Source of the DNA: an uncultured Methanosarcinales archaeon | Lineage (GTDB): Archaea; Nanobdellota; Nanobdellia; Woesearchaeales; CAYMBN01 | NCBI GenBank assembly: GCA_964388715.1 | Contig: CAYMBN010000001.1 | Location: forward strand, 138,962-202,961 | Direction: 5' to 3' | Length of the DNA stretch: 64,000 nucleotides | Part shown: positions 1-11,150 of the stretch, one piece after another | How the letters are laid out: the number at the start of each line of letters is the position of its first letter | Numbering within the stretch: the first letter of the stretch is position 1 | Notes under the pieces: generated by a model | Told to the model about the DNA's origin: nothing | The model's database searches: none | Seen by the model: the letters and a program-made list of their open reading frames with translations, nothing else | Made by a program: the position numbers and the translations under genes

Positions 1-104
1 TAATAGTCGTTTCATTTTAAGGAATTAATGATTTTATTGTTTAAATAGTTTTCGGGTCATTTAAAATAGTAGAATTTATAAAGTTGTATGACTAAATTAA
101 TGAT

Positions 105-542
105 ATGATTTACAAACATACTCAAACCGGAAATTTAATGATATACACTATACTTGCTCTTGTTGTATATTTTGGATTTATTTTAACATGGACTGGTTCT
201 GACCCTGTTCTTATTATTGTTCTGGCGCTTGTTATATTACTTGTTGCTTCTTTTGCTACACTTAATGTAGTAATTGACGAAAAATATTTACGAATTAAGT
301 TTGGTTATGGTATATATAGGAAACGTTTTGTACTTAAGGAAATAACATCAGTAAGAACTGTAAAAAATCGTTGGTATTATGGATGGGGGATTAGGTTTTG
401 GTGGAATCCTCGTATGTGGATCTATAATGTTTCTGGTTTTGATGCAGTTGAAATAAAGATGGTAAATGGTAAGATATATAGGATTGGTACTGATGAACCT
501 GTGAATTTGGAACAGGCAATTAAGCAGGCTGTGAGATTGTAA
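105..542 (+). CDS. Membrane protein, two TM helices plus bacterial PH-like domain
   Basis: Two N-terminal hydrophobic helices followed by a YGWGIR...YRIGTDEP soluble domain. Confidence 0.6.
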   Translation: MIYKHTQTGNLMIYTILALVVYFGFILTWTGSDPVLIIVLALVILLVASFATLNVVIDEKYLRIKFGYGIYRKRFVLKEITSVRTVKNRWYYGWGIRFWWNPRMWIYNVSGFDAVEIKMVNGKIYRIGTDEPVNLEQAIKQAVRL

Positions 543-545
543 AGA

Positions 546-749
546 ATGGCAAGTAGAATTCCAATAAGGATACATAAGTTTTGGCAAAGGATAGCAGTAG
601 TAGGTGGAGTTTATTTCTTGTTAGATGGTGTTTTGAGCATAATCTTTTACAGGGAGCAAGCTTTGATTAACCATATCCCAAGAATAATAAGAGCAGGAAT
701 TGGATTACTTACTATATTTGTGGATTATTGGTTTTTGAAGAATATTTAA
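546..749 (+). CDS. Small membrane protein
   Basis: 67 aa, two hydrophobic segments, starts 3 nt after the upstream stop. Confidence 0.5.
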   Translation: MASRIPIRIHKFWQRIAVVGGVYFLLDGVLSIIFYREQALINHIPRIIRAGIGLLTIFVDYWFLKNI

Positions 750-1606
750 TTAATCATATATTTAGCATTCTGTTCAATAAAGTGGCATGCTATTGGGTAG
801 CAGTCCATAATTTTATTTAACATTTGAGAATATCTTTTTTCTAGTTGATCCTCAGGGATTTCTTCTTTTTGTCTTGATTCTAAAAGTTTTATATAATTTC
901 TTGCTATTTTTCTTAACTTTGTTACATCTGCCATAAGATCATCTGTAACAAAATCTAATCCAGAGTAAATTCTTATTATTTCTTCTTTTGTATCATGAAA
1001 TGCCTCCTTTCCTTCGGGTGCAACTGTTCCAAGTGCATATTGAACAGCAACTCTCATTGCGTGAAAAGGTTTTCCCATAATGTCTTGAAGAAAATCAACA
1101 TATGCTTCCTCTGATGTTGGGAAAGAAGTATAACCATTGTTTAATTTCATTAAATAAATTGCCATGGATTTTTTTAATGATTGTTTAAGAGGAACATTGT
1201 TTTCAGCTAAGATTTCAAGTGGATTTTTTCCTTTATGACTATATTGAGCAACAGTGAGTTCTAAATGTTCTCTAAATGATTTATCTAAACCGTGAAATCC
1301 TGCTTCAGCATGTTCTTGGTTAATTACTCTTGTTTGAATATAAACATTTTTTTCTTTATAAGCTTTTTCAGTAGCATCTCTGATTGTTTTTTTATGTTTT
1401 CCATCTGAAATCACAATAAAATAATCAACATCACTTGCTACATTACAATCATCTCTGTTTACAGAACCATATGCAAAGCTTCCGACAACTTCTTGTCCAA
1501 GAAAAGGAATAATACAATCTTGTTCAAACTGTTCTAAAGCTAGTTTGAAATCTTCTATCTTTGGAATTCTTCCTTCAATGAAATCTCTTGTTGTTATTAT
1601 TCTCAT
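746..1606 (-). CDS. Pol-beta-type (minimal) nucleotidyltransferase domain protein with helical C-terminal domain
   Basis: YGSVNRDDCNVASDVDY matches the GS...DxD nucleotidyltransferase motif. Confidence 0.7.
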   Translation of the reverse strand: MRIITTRDFIEGRIPKIEDFKLALEQFEQDCIIPFLGQEVVGSFAYGSVNRDDCNVASDVDYFIVISDGKHKKTIRDATEKAYKEKNVYIQTRVINQEHAEAGFHGLDKSFREHLELTVAQYSHKGKNPLEILAENNVPLKQSLKKSMAIYLMKLNNGYTSFPTSEEAYVDFLQDIMGKPFHAMRVAVQYALGTVAPEGKEAFHDTKEEIIRIYSGLDFVTDDLMADVTKLRKIARNYIKLLESRQKEEIPEDQLEKRYSQMLNKIMDCYPIACHFIEQNAKYMIN

Positions 1607-1720
1607 GTTTAGAAAAAATTAGAGTTTATTTTTAAAGTTTGTTATTCTCTCTTATACACTTTGATTCTTATCTAAAATATAGAAACTTTAATAAAGAAAA
1701 ACATCATTTTTTAGTGTGAG

Positions 1721-3394
1721 ATGGATTTTAAGCAGAAGATAGAAAAGGTATTGAAGAAAGAACTTAAATTAAAGACTGTTGTTCTAGAAGTGCCTCCTGA
1801 TAGTAAGTTAGGAGATTATGCTTTTCCGTGTTTTTTTTTGGCTAAAAAACTTAAGAAGAGTCCTGTTGAGATTGCAAAGGATCTTGCTAATAAGATAAAT
1901 GTCAAGGATGTTAAGATTATTAATAATAATGCTTATGTTAATTTTTTTGTTGATAAGGAAAAGGTTGCTGGGGATGTTGTTAATAGGATTTTGAAGGAAA
2001 AAGGTAAGTTTGGAGTGCAAAGTAAAAAGGATTTTACTGTTATGATTGAGTCACCTGCGCCTAATACAAATAAACCATTGCATTTAGGGCATGTTAGAAA
2101 TATGGTGCTAGCAAATGCTTTAGTAAATTTGTTTACTGTTGTTGGAAATAAAACTATAAGAGTTGATGTTGTTAATGATCGTGGTATTCATATTTGTCAA
2201 TCAATGATAGCATATCAGAAATGGGGTAAAAATAAGTTACCTAATAAAAAACCTGATCATTTTGTTGGTGATTTTTATGTTATGTATAACAAAAAGTTGA
2301 AAGAACATCCTGAGCTTGAGATTGAAATCAAGGAAATGTTAAAGAAATGGGAAGAGAATGATATTAAAGTGCGTACTCTATGGAAAAAGATGAATTCTTG
2401 GGCACTTGATGGTATTAAGGAAACTTACAAAAGGTATGGAGTTAAGATGGATAAGCCTTATTATGAAAGTGATCATTTTACTAAAGGTAGAAAGATTGTA
2501 AAAGATGGTTTGAAACAAGGTATTTTTGAAAAAGATGAAGATGACAATATTATTATTGACCTTGAAAAAGAGAAGTTAGGCAAAAAAGTTTTGTTAAGGG
2601 CAGATGGTACTTCTATTTATATTACGCAAGATCTTGCATTAGGGAAATTAAGGTATAAAGATTATAAAATGAATCAATTGATTTATGTTGTTGCTAATGA
2701 ACAAACATATCATTTTAAGGTTTTGTTTGAGATTTTCAAACAGTTGAAGTTTCCTTTAAAATGTTATCATCTTGCTTATGGAATGGTTTATCTTCCTGAA
2801 GGTAAGATGAAGTCTAGGGAAGGGACTGTTGTTGATGCTGATGAACTTGCTGATAGTATGAAAGAGATTGCTAAGAAAGAGATTGTTAAAAGGCATAAAG
2901 ATCTTGAGAAGAAGGAATTAGAGAAAAGAGCTGAACAAATTGGTATGGGTGCGATTAAATTTTTTATGTTGAAGTTTGATCCTATGAGAGATTTTACTTA
3001 TAATCCTAAGGAAGCAATTGCATTTGAGGGTGAGACAGGTCCTTATGTTCAGTATGCATATGCTAGGATATGTTCTATACTAAGGAAGTTTGGGGAGAAG
3101 GTTGGAAAAGCTGATTTGTCTGTGTTGAATAATGAGCATGAACAAAAGTTAATCATGATGTTAGGTAATTATGAAAATGTTATTAAGAATGCTGTTGAAC
3201 ATTATAAACCAAGTTTAGTGTGCAGATATTTACTTGATCTTGCGCAATTGTTTAATGAATATTATCATGCTTGTGTAATTCTAAAAGAGAAAAAGAAAAT
3301 AAGAGATGGTAGATTAGTATTAATCACTGTGATTAAACAAGTAATTAAGAATGGTTTAGGTTTGCTTGGTATTGAAGCGCCTGAGCAGATGTAA
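1721..3394 (+). CDS. argS: Arginine--tRNA ligase
   Basis: [11 protein letters not shown] (HIGH), GKMKSREG (KMSKS-like), [11 protein letters not shown]-terminal GIEAPEQM. Confidence 0.97.
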   Translation: MDFKQKIEKVLKKELKLKTVVLEVPPDSKLGDYAFPCFFLAKKLKKSPVEIAKDLANKINVKDVKIINNNAYVNFFVDKEKVAGDVVNRILKEKGKFGVQSKKDFTVMIESPAPNTNKPLHLGHVRNMVLANALVNLFTVVGNKTIRVDVVNDRGIHICQSMIAYQKWGKNKLPNKKPDHFVGDFYVMYNKKLKEHPELEIEIKEMLKKWEENDIKVRTLWKKMNSWALDGIKETYKRYGVKMDKPYYESDHFTKGRKIVKDGLKQGIFEKDEDDNIIIDLEKEKLGKKVLLRADGTSIYITQDLALGKLRYKDYKMNQLIYVVANEQTYHFKVLFEIFKQLKFPLKCYHLAYGMVYLPEGKMKSREGTVVDADELADSMKEIAKKEIVKRHKDLEKKELEKRAEQIGMGAIKFFMLKFDPMRDFTYNPKEAIAFEGETGPYVQYAYARICSILRKFGEKVGKADLSVLNNEHEQKLIMMLGNYENVIKNAVEHYKPSLVCRYLLDLAQLFNEYYHACVILKEKKKIRDGRLVLITVIKQVIKNGLGLLGIEAPEQM

Positions 3395-3395
3395 A

Positions 3396-4778
3396 ATGTT
3401 GAAAGAAAAATTTGTTATGCATCGAAAACGTGCAGATGTAGGGTATTTTACAGCGCATTATAATGGGTATGCTCTCTTACAGAAAAGGTTTACTAGAAAG
3501 TATGGGTGTAAAATAAACAAGTTAGTTTATTCTGTTTATAAAAATAAGGTTGGAGTATTTTACACTGAAAAGAATTTTAAGAAATATTCTAATTTTATTA
3601 AAAAGAAAGCTTTGAAAACTAGAAATTTTGTTCTTAAGCAAAGGAAAGAGATTGATAAAAGAGGAAAAAGGTTGATTAAATTTTGTGATAGGAATCATAA
3701 TTTAAGTAAATTGTCAAACAAAAAGTTAATTAAGGTTCATTTTGGTTATATTAAACATTATACTGATATGTGTTTTATTGGTTCACCTTTACAATGGACT
3801 AATATTGGTGCTGCGATTGAAAAAATATTAAGTAAAAAGATTAAAGATTATAAAACATTGGCGTTTCTTTCACTTCCAACTGAACCTTCTTGGTTGCAGA
3901 GAGAAAAGATTGATTTGTTAAGAGTTAAATTAGGTAAGAAATCTCTAAAAGATCATATTAAAGAGTATGGTTCATTTCCTTTTGGTTATATTGGGCCTAA
4001 ATTGTGGGATAGAAAGTATTTTTTGAAAAAGTTGAAAAAGATTAAAGAGCCGGAAAAGGATTTACAAAAAGAATTGGGTTATTTTAAAGATTTGGAAAGA
4101 AAACAAAAGAAGATTGTTTCTAAAAGATCATATAAGTTTTGTAAGGATTTGCAGATGGCTTTTATGATGCAGGACAAGAAAAAAGAGTATCAGACAAGAG
4201 CTCATCCTTTTTTTCAATTGAGATTGTTAAAAGAAGAAAGTAAAAGAACAGGTATTCCAGTTAATTATCTTAGATATATGTGTGAATATGAAGTAAGAGA
4301 TGCTTTGCTTGGAAGAAAGTTTGATCTTAAAGAATTGAAAAAAAGGTCTGAGAAAAGTGTTATGATTGCTGAAGATGGAAAATATACTTTTTTAACTGAA
4401 GAAAGTGCTGAACCTTATGTACAGGAGTTTTATCTTAAGAAAATAAATAAAAAAGAGTTGAAAGGAGTTTGTGCTTCAAGAGGAAAAGTAAAAGGCAAGG
4501 CAAGAGTTTTCAAAAGTGCAAATGATAGGAAAAAATTTAACAAAGGTGATATTTTAATTGCACCAATGACTACTCCTGATTATGTTCCTTACATGAAGAA
4601 AGCTGGGGCAATTGTAACAGACGAAGGCGGAATAACATGTCATGCTGCAATTGTTTCACGCGAATTAAGAATTCCATGTGTGATTGGAACAGAAGTTGCA
4701 ACTAAAGTTCTAAAAGATGGAGATGTTATTGAAGTGGATGCTGATAATGGTCTTGTTAAGAAGTTAGATCATTCCTAG
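3396..4778 (+). CDS. PEP-utilizer mobile (His swivel) domain protein
   Basis: C-terminal [11 protein letters not shown]...[19 protein letters not shown]. No ATP-grasp or TIM-barrel motifs recognised. ATG 3396 follows the argS stop. Confidence 0.85.
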   Translation: MLKEKFVMHRKRADVGYFTAHYNGYALLQKRFTRKYGCKINKLVYSVYKNKVGVFYTEKNFKKYSNFIKKKALKTRNFVLKQRKEIDKRGKRLIKFCDRNHNLSKLSNKKLIKVHFGYIKHYTDMCFIGSPLQWTNIGAAIEKILSKKIKDYKTLAFLSLPTEPSWLQREKIDLLRVKLGKKSLKDHIKEYGSFPFGYIGPKLWDRKYFLKKLKKIKEPEKDLQKELGYFKDLERKQKKIVSKRSYKFCKDLQMAFMMQDKKKEYQTRAHPFFQLRLLKEESKRTGIPVNYLRYMCEYEVRDALLGRKFDLKELKKRSEKSVMIAEDGKYTFLTEESAEPYVQEFYLKKINKKELKGVCASRGKVKGKARVFKSANDRKKFNKGDILIAPMTTPDYVPYMKKAGAIVTDEGGITCHAAIVSRELRIPCVIGTEVATKVLKDGDVIEVDADNGLVKKLDHS

Positions 4779-5891
4779 TTTTAGTGCAATTAACATTCCT
4801 ATACCAAGTAGAAGGATTATTATTCCTGCGATTAAGTGGAGTATCTTTAGTTTTCTTTGTCTCCATTCTTCTGCTTTTTCTGTTGTTATAAGACCAAAAT
4901 AAATTGCTGCTGTTATGATTAACATTGGCAAGATGAAAATAAAGTTGTAAAGTAGTAAGAGAAGTAATGCATATTGTCTAGTTGCTACTTTTGCAAGTAA
5001 GCCAAGGATTACTATGTATGGGCCTGATGTGCATGGTAAAAGGAAAAGGCTTACAACAAAACCTATTAAGAATGCGCCTGGAACAGAGGTAATGCCTTTA
5101 ATTACTGCTTTCATTCTAGGACGCCAGCTTAAAGGTACTTCCATGATAAACCATCTTCCATACCAAAGATAATCTTTTAAGTTGAAGAGACCGATTATGA
5201 TTGCTAAGATTGCAACAACTGTGTAAAAGATGTGTGATACACCTGAAAATTGTATTGCAGAGTAAGCTCCAATACCCATTAGGAAGTAAGATATGAAAAT
5301 TGATAAGCTAAATGCTAGTCCTGCAAAAAGTGCTTTTTTTCTGATTCCTGAAGCAAGTATTGTGGTTAATAAAATAATGAGTACTGCAAATGCACATGGA
5401 TTAATTGCGTCAACTGCAGCTGCTCCAATAACAGCTGGGATTGTTAATTGTAATTTATTATCTCGCGGAAAGATTGTTCCTGGTGCTATTGTTGTTGTGG
5501 AATCATCAACATGATCAGGTAAAACACCGCAAACTTCTGCAATGCATTGGCTTGCATAACTTTCAATTGTTCTTCCAATTTCATCATTAAAACCAGAAAA
5601 AACTCTTTTATGAATAAATGTGATTGGAACACTAACTGAGTTACCTAATTCAAGATCATATTTTTCAGCATATTCAAAGAAAAGTTCAATATTATCTTTT
5701 AATTCGTATCTTTCAATATTTAGGTGTTCATATTTTGGTTCTATTTCATCAAGAAAGATCTTCATGCTTTCACAATGCGGACAACCTGTGCTGTAAAAGA
5801 AGATTAAATCTACTTTTTCACCATCATGTGAAAGAGAGAATGGAGTAACAAGTAGAAGCATTGTGATTAAAAGTAATAATAGTTTTCGCAT
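4764..5891 (-). CDS. Glutaredoxin/thioredoxin domain fused to CcdA/DsbD-type membrane domain
   Basis: Signal peptide, [12 protein letters not shown] and LPCTSGPY motifs, multiple TM helices. Confidence 0.85.
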   Translation of the reverse strand: MRKLLLLLITMLLLVTPFSLSHDGEKVDLIFFYSTGCPHCESMKIFLDEIEPKYEHLNIERYELKDNIELFFEYAEKYDLELGNSVSVPITFIHKRVFSGFNDEIGRTIESYASQCIAEVCGVLPDHVDDSTTTIAPGTIFPRDNKLQLTIPAVIGAAAVDAINPCAFAVLIILLTTILASGIRKKALFAGLAFSLSIFISYFLMGIGAYSAIQFSGVSHIFYTVVAILAIIIGLFNLKDYLWYGRWFIMEVPLSWRPRMKAVIKGITSVPGAFLIGFVVSLFLLPCTSGPYIVILGLLAKVATRQYALLLLLLYNFIFILPMLIITAAIYFGLITTEKAEEWRQRKLKILHLIAGIIILLLGIGMLIALKLGMI

Positions 5892-5942
5892 TGTGTCCCC
5901 CTTTTGAAATATTGACTTATTTTCCTTTAAATAGTTTTCTGT

Positions 5943-6581
5943 TTAAATTTCTATTGTTTGGCCAATTTCAAGAATTTGTACTTCAGATTCAACAAGTTGT
6001 TTAAATTCTTCTGCATCTTGTTTTGTGCCAACAATGCCAGAACCATAATGTATTGGGATAGCTAGTTTTGGTTTTATTGTATTAATTGCTTGTGCTGCTT
6101 CTTTAAAATTCATTGTGTATGTACCACCAATAGGGATTAATGCAATGTCTGCCTTGATCTGGGACATTTCTGGAATAAAGTCTGTGTCACCTGCAAAATA
6201 AATAGTATGTTGGTCAACTTTAATCAAAAAACCGAGGCCAAAATCCTTTGGATGAAATTCTACACCAGGGCTTCTGAACTTGTTTGTGTTGTAAGCTGGC
6301 ACAGCTATCACTCTTATTCCTTTATGTGTTTGTTCATCACCTGGTTTCATTGGAATTCCGTTTATGTTAGGAGCGTTTTCTTCTGAAGTTAAGATTTTTG
6401 TTTCATCTGCAAGAAGTTGTTTGATTTTTTCCATGCTTGAATGATCAAAATGAGAATGTGTTGATAAGATTAAGTCTGCTTTGTCATTATATTCTTCTCC
6501 AAAGTAAGGATCAATGTATATTGTATGGTTTTCATTTGTTATGATTTTGATACTTGCATGGCCTAACCAGGTTAGTTTCAT
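5943..6581 (-). CDS. Metallo-beta-lactamase-fold hydrolase (UlaG-like)
   Basis: WLGHAS, THSHFDH, AGDT, PIHY motifs. Confidence 0.9.
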   Translation of the reverse strand: MKLTWLGHASIKIITNENHTIYIDPYFGEEYNDKADLILSTHSHFDHSSMEKIKQLLADETKILTSEENAPNINGIPMKPGDEQTHKGIRVIAVPAYNTNKFRSPGVEFHPKDFGLGFLIKVDQHTIYFAGDTDFIPEMSQIKADIALIPIGGTYTMNFKEAAQAINTIKPKLAIPIHYGSGIVGTKQDAEEFKQLVESEVQILEIGQTIEI

Positions 6582-6625
6582 AAGATCACCTTTAAGAATT
6601 ATTACTTTGGTTTTTAAAAAGTTTG

Positions 6626-6763
6626 TTATTCAAACTGTTTTCCGCCGCAGTTCTGGCAGAGATATGTTTTTGTTTTTTTGGTTTTGAGTAGGATTCGTTT
6701 TACTTTCTTTTTACAATTGATGCAAGTTAGTTCGCGTTCTTCGTATTGTGATTGAGATGTCAT
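6626..6763 (-). CDS. Small Zn-ribbon protein (45 aa)
   Basis: CINC...CQNC. ATG at 6763. Confidence 0.55.
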   Translation of the reverse strand: MTSQSQYEERELTCINCKKKVKRILLKTKKTKTYLCQNCGGKQFE

Positions 6764-6803
6764 TTTGAGAAATATATAAAAAAAGTAAATAAAAAAAATT
6801 GAT

Positions 6804-7259
6804 TTAAGGTACGCTTCCTGAGACAGATCCTGTTGTCTTTTTAGCGAATCCACCTGCTGAGTAAGCTACAACCAAGTCACCTTTGACTTTAGTTGACAAT
6901 ACTGGATCACATGCTAGAGTAACTACTCCTTCTGTGTCTGCTGCAACATCTACTCCTGCTGCGTTAGTACAACTACCTGTTCCTCCACCAGTATTGGTTA
7001 GTGTGACAGTTACGTTTGTTACACCATCACTTAATATGTTTTTAACATTTAGTCTTACTGTTGAAGAACTGTCTATGCTAAAATCGTCACAGAACAAACC
7101 AGAACCTGTTGAGATTGTACATTTCTCTGTTAGGTATTTTTCTGGACTTAGAACTCCAAAGTAAGCAAGTGCTCCGATTGCAACTAATACAACCAAAATT
7201 GCCCAGCCATATGTCATTAAGAATTCCATGGCTGCTTGCCCTTTTTTCATATACATCAC
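6804..7259 (-). CDS. Archaeal type IV pilin (probable major pilin)
   Basis: Class III signal peptide KKG/QAAMEFLMTYGWAILVVLV. Confidence 0.9.
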   Translation of the reverse strand: MMYMKKGQAAMEFLMTYGWAILVVLVAIGALAYFGVLSPEKYLTEKCTISTGSGLFCDDFSIDSSSTVRLNVKNILSDGVTNVTVTLTNTGGGTGSCTNAAGVDVAADTEGVVTLACDPVLSTKVKGDLVVAYSAGGFAKKTTGSVSGSVP

Positions 7260-7421
7260 CTTTTTTTATTTTTATTGTGGAATATGAAACACCACAAGAA
7301 AGTTATGACTTTACTAGTATTTAAATTTAACCCTAATTAGTTTATAATTGAAATAGGATTTATTACTACTTTAAAAAGAATAATAAAATATATATAATCA
7401 ATTACGTGGTTTATAAGTGTA

Positions 7422-8978
7422 GTGAGATATATCTCAAAAAGAGGGCAATTATCATCAGAGTATGTGATAATTCTAGGTATGGTTTTTGTAGTTTTGACTC
7501 CAATACTTTATTATGCTTTGATTGAATCTAATACTAGCATTAAACTGAATCAGATAGATGATTCAATTAATACACTTGTAAGGGCTGTTGATACAGTGTA
7601 TTCAATTGGGCCTGGAACTAAAAAATATGTTTGGATTAATACACCTACTAACATTATAAATTATTCTTTGGAAAATAAAACAATATCTCTTAAATTGCTT
7701 ATGTATGGAAAGGTTAGTGATGTATTTGGAAAAACAAAAGCAGACTTGGCAGGAGAGATTCCTTTGTTAAAAGGGCAGCATAGAGTTGTTGTTGAGATGT
7801 TAGAATCTGGATATGTGCAATTTGGAGAAGCTAATGATACTGTTGCTCCAAGTGTGATATGGACTTCACCTAAAGGAACAATCAATTATAATGGGATTGT
7901 GTTAAGAGCAACAACAGATGAATATTCTGTTTGTAAATATGATGAAAGTAATGTTGATTATTCATCAATGGAAAATGTTTTTGTAGGATCTGCTTTAACT
8001 CATGAAAGAGATATAGGTGTGTTAGATAATGGAACTTATGTTTATTATGCAAGGTGTCAGGATCCAAGTGGTAATATAATGCAAGAGTCTGCTATAATTA
8101 ATTTTACTATTGTACCTACTTCAGAACATGGAGTAAGTAATGGAAGTTTGCCAGGAACTAATGAAACATATGAACCTTATTCTCCAACAATAGAATTGAT
8201 TTATCCTGAAAATAATTATACTGATCAGGATGGTTTAATGTTGTTTCAATATAATGTGACTGATGTTTCTTTAATTTGGTATTGTATCTTAGCTGTTGAT
8301 AATATGACAGAAGCTACTAGTTTTTGGGTTACAAGAGATATTGTACAGAACTTTACTGTTGGTGGGATTGAATTTGGGAATCATAGTTGGAATATTAGTT
8401 GTTCTGATGTACATGGAAATACAAATACAAGTGAGACAAGGAAATTTACTATGAATTTTACGCAGGACAATGATGTTCCTGTTGTTAATCTGGTTGGTCC
8501 TCCTGACAATAGTACAAGAGGTTATTGGTTAACTACATTTAGTTATAATGTGAGTGATGTCACATCAGGGATTGATTATTGTGAATTAAATATTAATGGT
8601 TTGATTGGAGAGAATAGTTCTGTTGGTTGGACAATTAAAGATACTCCTGTACAAGAGGATACAACTGAAGAAATAACTTTACCTTTGTTTAAAGCTAATT
8701 ATACATGGAATGTTAGTTGTGTTGACAATAGTCATAATGCAAATCAAGGTAATTCAGATACTTGGTATTTGGTTCTTAATATATCTGCAGGTGAAGAAGC
8801 TTTTATAGATAGTTGTGCTGGTTATTGTGGTTATAATGGATATGTTGATGGAATCTGTAGACAAAATTCTCAGAAATGCAGAGAGTATACAGGTGGGACT
8901 TGGGAAAGTGGTGGAGATAAATATTGTCCTACTCAAACAGGAGATTTCTGTTGTTGTACTCAACAGCAAATAAGTTAG
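7422..8978 (+). CDS. Large minor pilin/adhesin with Ig-like repeats and Cys-rich C-terminus
   Basis: KRG/QLSSEY plus hydrophobic helix, repeated WNxSCxD beta-sandwich motifs, many NxS/T sites, 8-Cys tail. Confidence 0.8.
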   Translation: MRYISKRGQLSSEYVIILGMVFVVLTPILYYALIESNTSIKLNQIDDSINTLVRAVDTVYSIGPGTKKYVWINTPTNIINYSLENKTISLKLLMYGKVSDVFGKTKADLAGEIPLLKGQHRVVVEMLESGYVQFGEANDTVAPSVIWTSPKGTINYNGIVLRATTDEYSVCKYDESNVDYSSMENVFVGSALTHERDIGVLDNGTYVYYARCQDPSGNIMQESAIINFTIVPTSEHGVSNGSLPGTNETYEPYSPTIELIYPENNYTDQDGLMLFQYNVTDVSLIWYCILAVDNMTEATSFWVTRDIVQNFTVGGIEFGNHSWNISCSDVHGNTNTSETRKFTMNFTQDNDVPVVNLVGPPDNSTRGYWLTTFSYNVSDVTSGIDYCELNINGLIGENSSVGWTIKDTPVQEDTTEEITLPLFKANYTWNVSCVDNSHNANQGNSDTWYLVLNISAGEEAFIDSCAGYCGYNGYVDGICRQNSQKCREYTGGTWESGGDKYCPTQTGDFCCCTQQQIS

Positions 8979-8986
8979 GTGTTTTA

Positions 8987-9370
8987 ATGAAAAAGGGTCA
9001 AGTTGGGGTGGAATTTATTTTTACTATTGGGATTATTATTCTGATATTTTTGGTTATGTATGCTTTTACAATTAATAGGAATACTGAGCTAGAAAGGTCA
9101 AGAGTTGAACTAAACAAAGAAAATACTTGTTTGTTAGTATCTAGCTTAATAACATCTGCATTTGTAAATGGAGAAAATATAATGATTGATGTTGATGTGG
9201 ATAATAATTTTACAATAAACTTGACTCATCTGGATAAGGATTACAAGAATCTTAATGTTGAAGATGTGAAATGTTTGTTAGGAGTTAATAATGTGGAGAG
9301 TGTTAGTATAAAGTCTGGATTGATTAGGATACAAAGTCAAAATAATACTATTAGTGTGGAAAATGTTTAA
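8987..9370 (+). CDS. Minor type IV pilin
   Basis: MKKG/QVGVEFIFTIG class III signal peptide. Start moved to ATG 8987. Confidence 0.8.
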   Translation: MKKGQVGVEFIFTIGIIILIFLVMYAFTINRNTELERSRVELNKENTCLLVSSLITSAFVNGENIMIDVDVDNNFTINLTHLDKDYKNLNVEDVKCLLGVNNVESVSIKSGLIRIQSQNNTISVENV

Positions 9371-9845
9371 GAATAAAAAATCTCAACTTGCTGTAACTGA
9401 TTTATTAATAGCTTCAGTTGTGTTGATTATATTAATTTTACTTCTTATTTTTTGGTGGAACAGGTATACAGAAGTTTTGAGTGAAGAATCAGCTTATCAA
9501 AAAAAACAGATAATACTCTTTCAAACAGCAGATTTATTAATAAAGTCTCAAGGTTTACCTCAAAATTGGGAAGAAAATCCTAATGAAGTAAAAGTAATTG
9601 GTTTAGCATCTTCTGACAGGGATATTTCAGAAGATAAAGTAATAGCTTTTGTTAATTTATCTTATAATGTGACTTCAAAATCTCTTGGATTAGATTTGTA
9701 TGATTTTTATTTTCAATTAAAAAGTGTGAATGGTACAAAGTTGTTTGAACACGGAAAAGATCCAACAGATGAGGTAATAAACATACAAAGAATAGTTTTA
9801 TATAAAAATGAAAAAGCAATTATTGAATTGTCAATCTGGGAATAA
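9363..9845 (+). CDS. Minor type IV pilin-like protein
   Basis: KKS/QLAVTDLLIAS, plus GLPQNWE...VIGLA. Confidence 0.8.
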   Translation: MFKNKKSQLAVTDLLIASVVLIILILLLIFWWNRYTEVLSEESAYQKKQIILFQTADLLIKSQGLPQNWEENPNEVKVIGLASSDRDISEDKVIAFVNLSYNVTSKSLGLDLYDFYFQLKSVNGTKLFEHGKDPTDEVINIQRIVLYKNEKAIIELSIWE

Positions 9846-10236
9846 GAAAGGATTTGTGTTTTCACTAGACATTATAGTAGGTATAATTATAGTTGCGATT
9901 ATTTTGGTTTTTTCAACGTTTTACGTGACAAAAGCTGGAGATGAATCTGTTTCCAAATTACATACAGTAAGAGTTGGGTCTGATATCTTGGCATTGTTAG
10001 ATAATAATGGTGCATTTGATAGTTTGTCTGCGGAAAGTATTGCAATTGAACTTAATAGTGTATTACCTATTAATTATCATATAAGGATTAGAGTGCAATG
10101 TGATGGCGAGGAGCCAATTATAGTTGAAACAACAGATATATTTCCAAATGATAGGTTTATTGGCACTGGAAAAAGAGTATTTATAACCAATGCTGACGAA
10201 TATTGTGTAGCAGGTTTTAGTATTTGGCTAAAATGA
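9808..10236 (+). CDS. Minor type IV pilin-like protein
   Basis: KKG/FVFSLDIIVG. Exact start uncertain. Confidence 0.75.
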   Translation: MKKQLLNCQSGNKKGFVFSLDIIVGIIIVAIILVFSTFYVTKAGDESVSKLHTVRVGSDILALLDNNGAFDSLSAESIAIELNSVLPINYHIRIRVQCDGEEPIIVETTDIFPNDRFIGTGKRVFITNADEYCVAGFSIWLK

Positions 10237-11060
10237 TGGGATTAAAAAATAGTAGGAAGGGTATTTTGTTTACATTAGGTTTAACTTTTTTAGGATTAGT
10301 GATTATGGCGTTAGCTGTTTTAATTTTTCATAATGCTCAGAAATCAGAGGGAATAGTTTCTAAATTAGTTGTGCTTGATAGGGTTTATGATTTAGATAGT
10401 TCAATTGAGAAAAGTTTAGTAGAGATATTTAATCAAAAGTCAGGAATTACAGTGAGTGTAGATGGTAATGTCTCTTTTCAAGAGAGCTTTCCTAATCTTA
10501 ATGTAGCTGAGTTTACTAATTCTATGAATGATTTTAAAACATTTATTGAATCTAATTTTTCAAATATAAATATTTCAGTGAGTGAGATTGTTAGTGAGGT
10601 TCCAATTGTAATAATGCCGTATAATATTACTTATAAGCATGTTAATTATGGTGGAAAACAAATTGAGGTTGTGCCACAACAAATTAATTTTGAAGGTTAT
10701 TCTGTTTCTGTAAGTATTGATGAGAATGTTAGTTCTTGTGATTCTGAAGTTGATGAAGGTGATTTTAATTTATTGATTAATGTAACTGGTTTAGGAGGAA
10801 GTAGTTGTTCTGTATCTGAGCTAATAGATGCATTAGGAGAGAATGAAATTGAAATTAATGATGAAACAGTAGAAATTGAGATTGAAGATGGAGTTCTTAC
10901 TATCACAATTGATGAAGAAAGCGATGTAAGTGCTGAATTGGATGTGAAAGTGTTAACAAGTGAAGATGAAATAGTGTATCTTGAGTATAAGCCAGTGGTT
11001 ATTGATATTGATTTTAGTGAATTTGGCATCTACAAAAGCGGAAAAGTAAGAATTGTGTAA
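10233..11060 (+). CDS. Minor type IV pilin-like protein (acidic)
   Basis: RKG/ILFTLGL plus hydrophobic helix. Confidence 0.7.
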   Translation: MMGLKNSRKGILFTLGLTFLGLVIMALAVLIFHNAQKSEGIVSKLVVLDRVYDLDSSIEKSLVEIFNQKSGITVSVDGNVSFQESFPNLNVAEFTNSMNDFKTFIESNFSNINISVSEIVSEVPIVIMPYNITYKHVNYGGKQIEVVPQQINFEGYSVSVSIDENVSSCDSEVDEGDFNLLINVTGLGGSSCSVSELIDALGENEIEINDETVEIEIEDGVLTITIDEESDVSAELDVKVLTSEDEIVYLEYKPVVIDIDFSEFGIYKSGKVRIV

Positions 11061-11150
11061 GTTACTATTCTTAAATTAACACATATATTTAAAAACTGAA
11101 TTAGCAACTATAGTAAAATAAGTAGTGATAGATATAAAAAAGGGGTTGTA

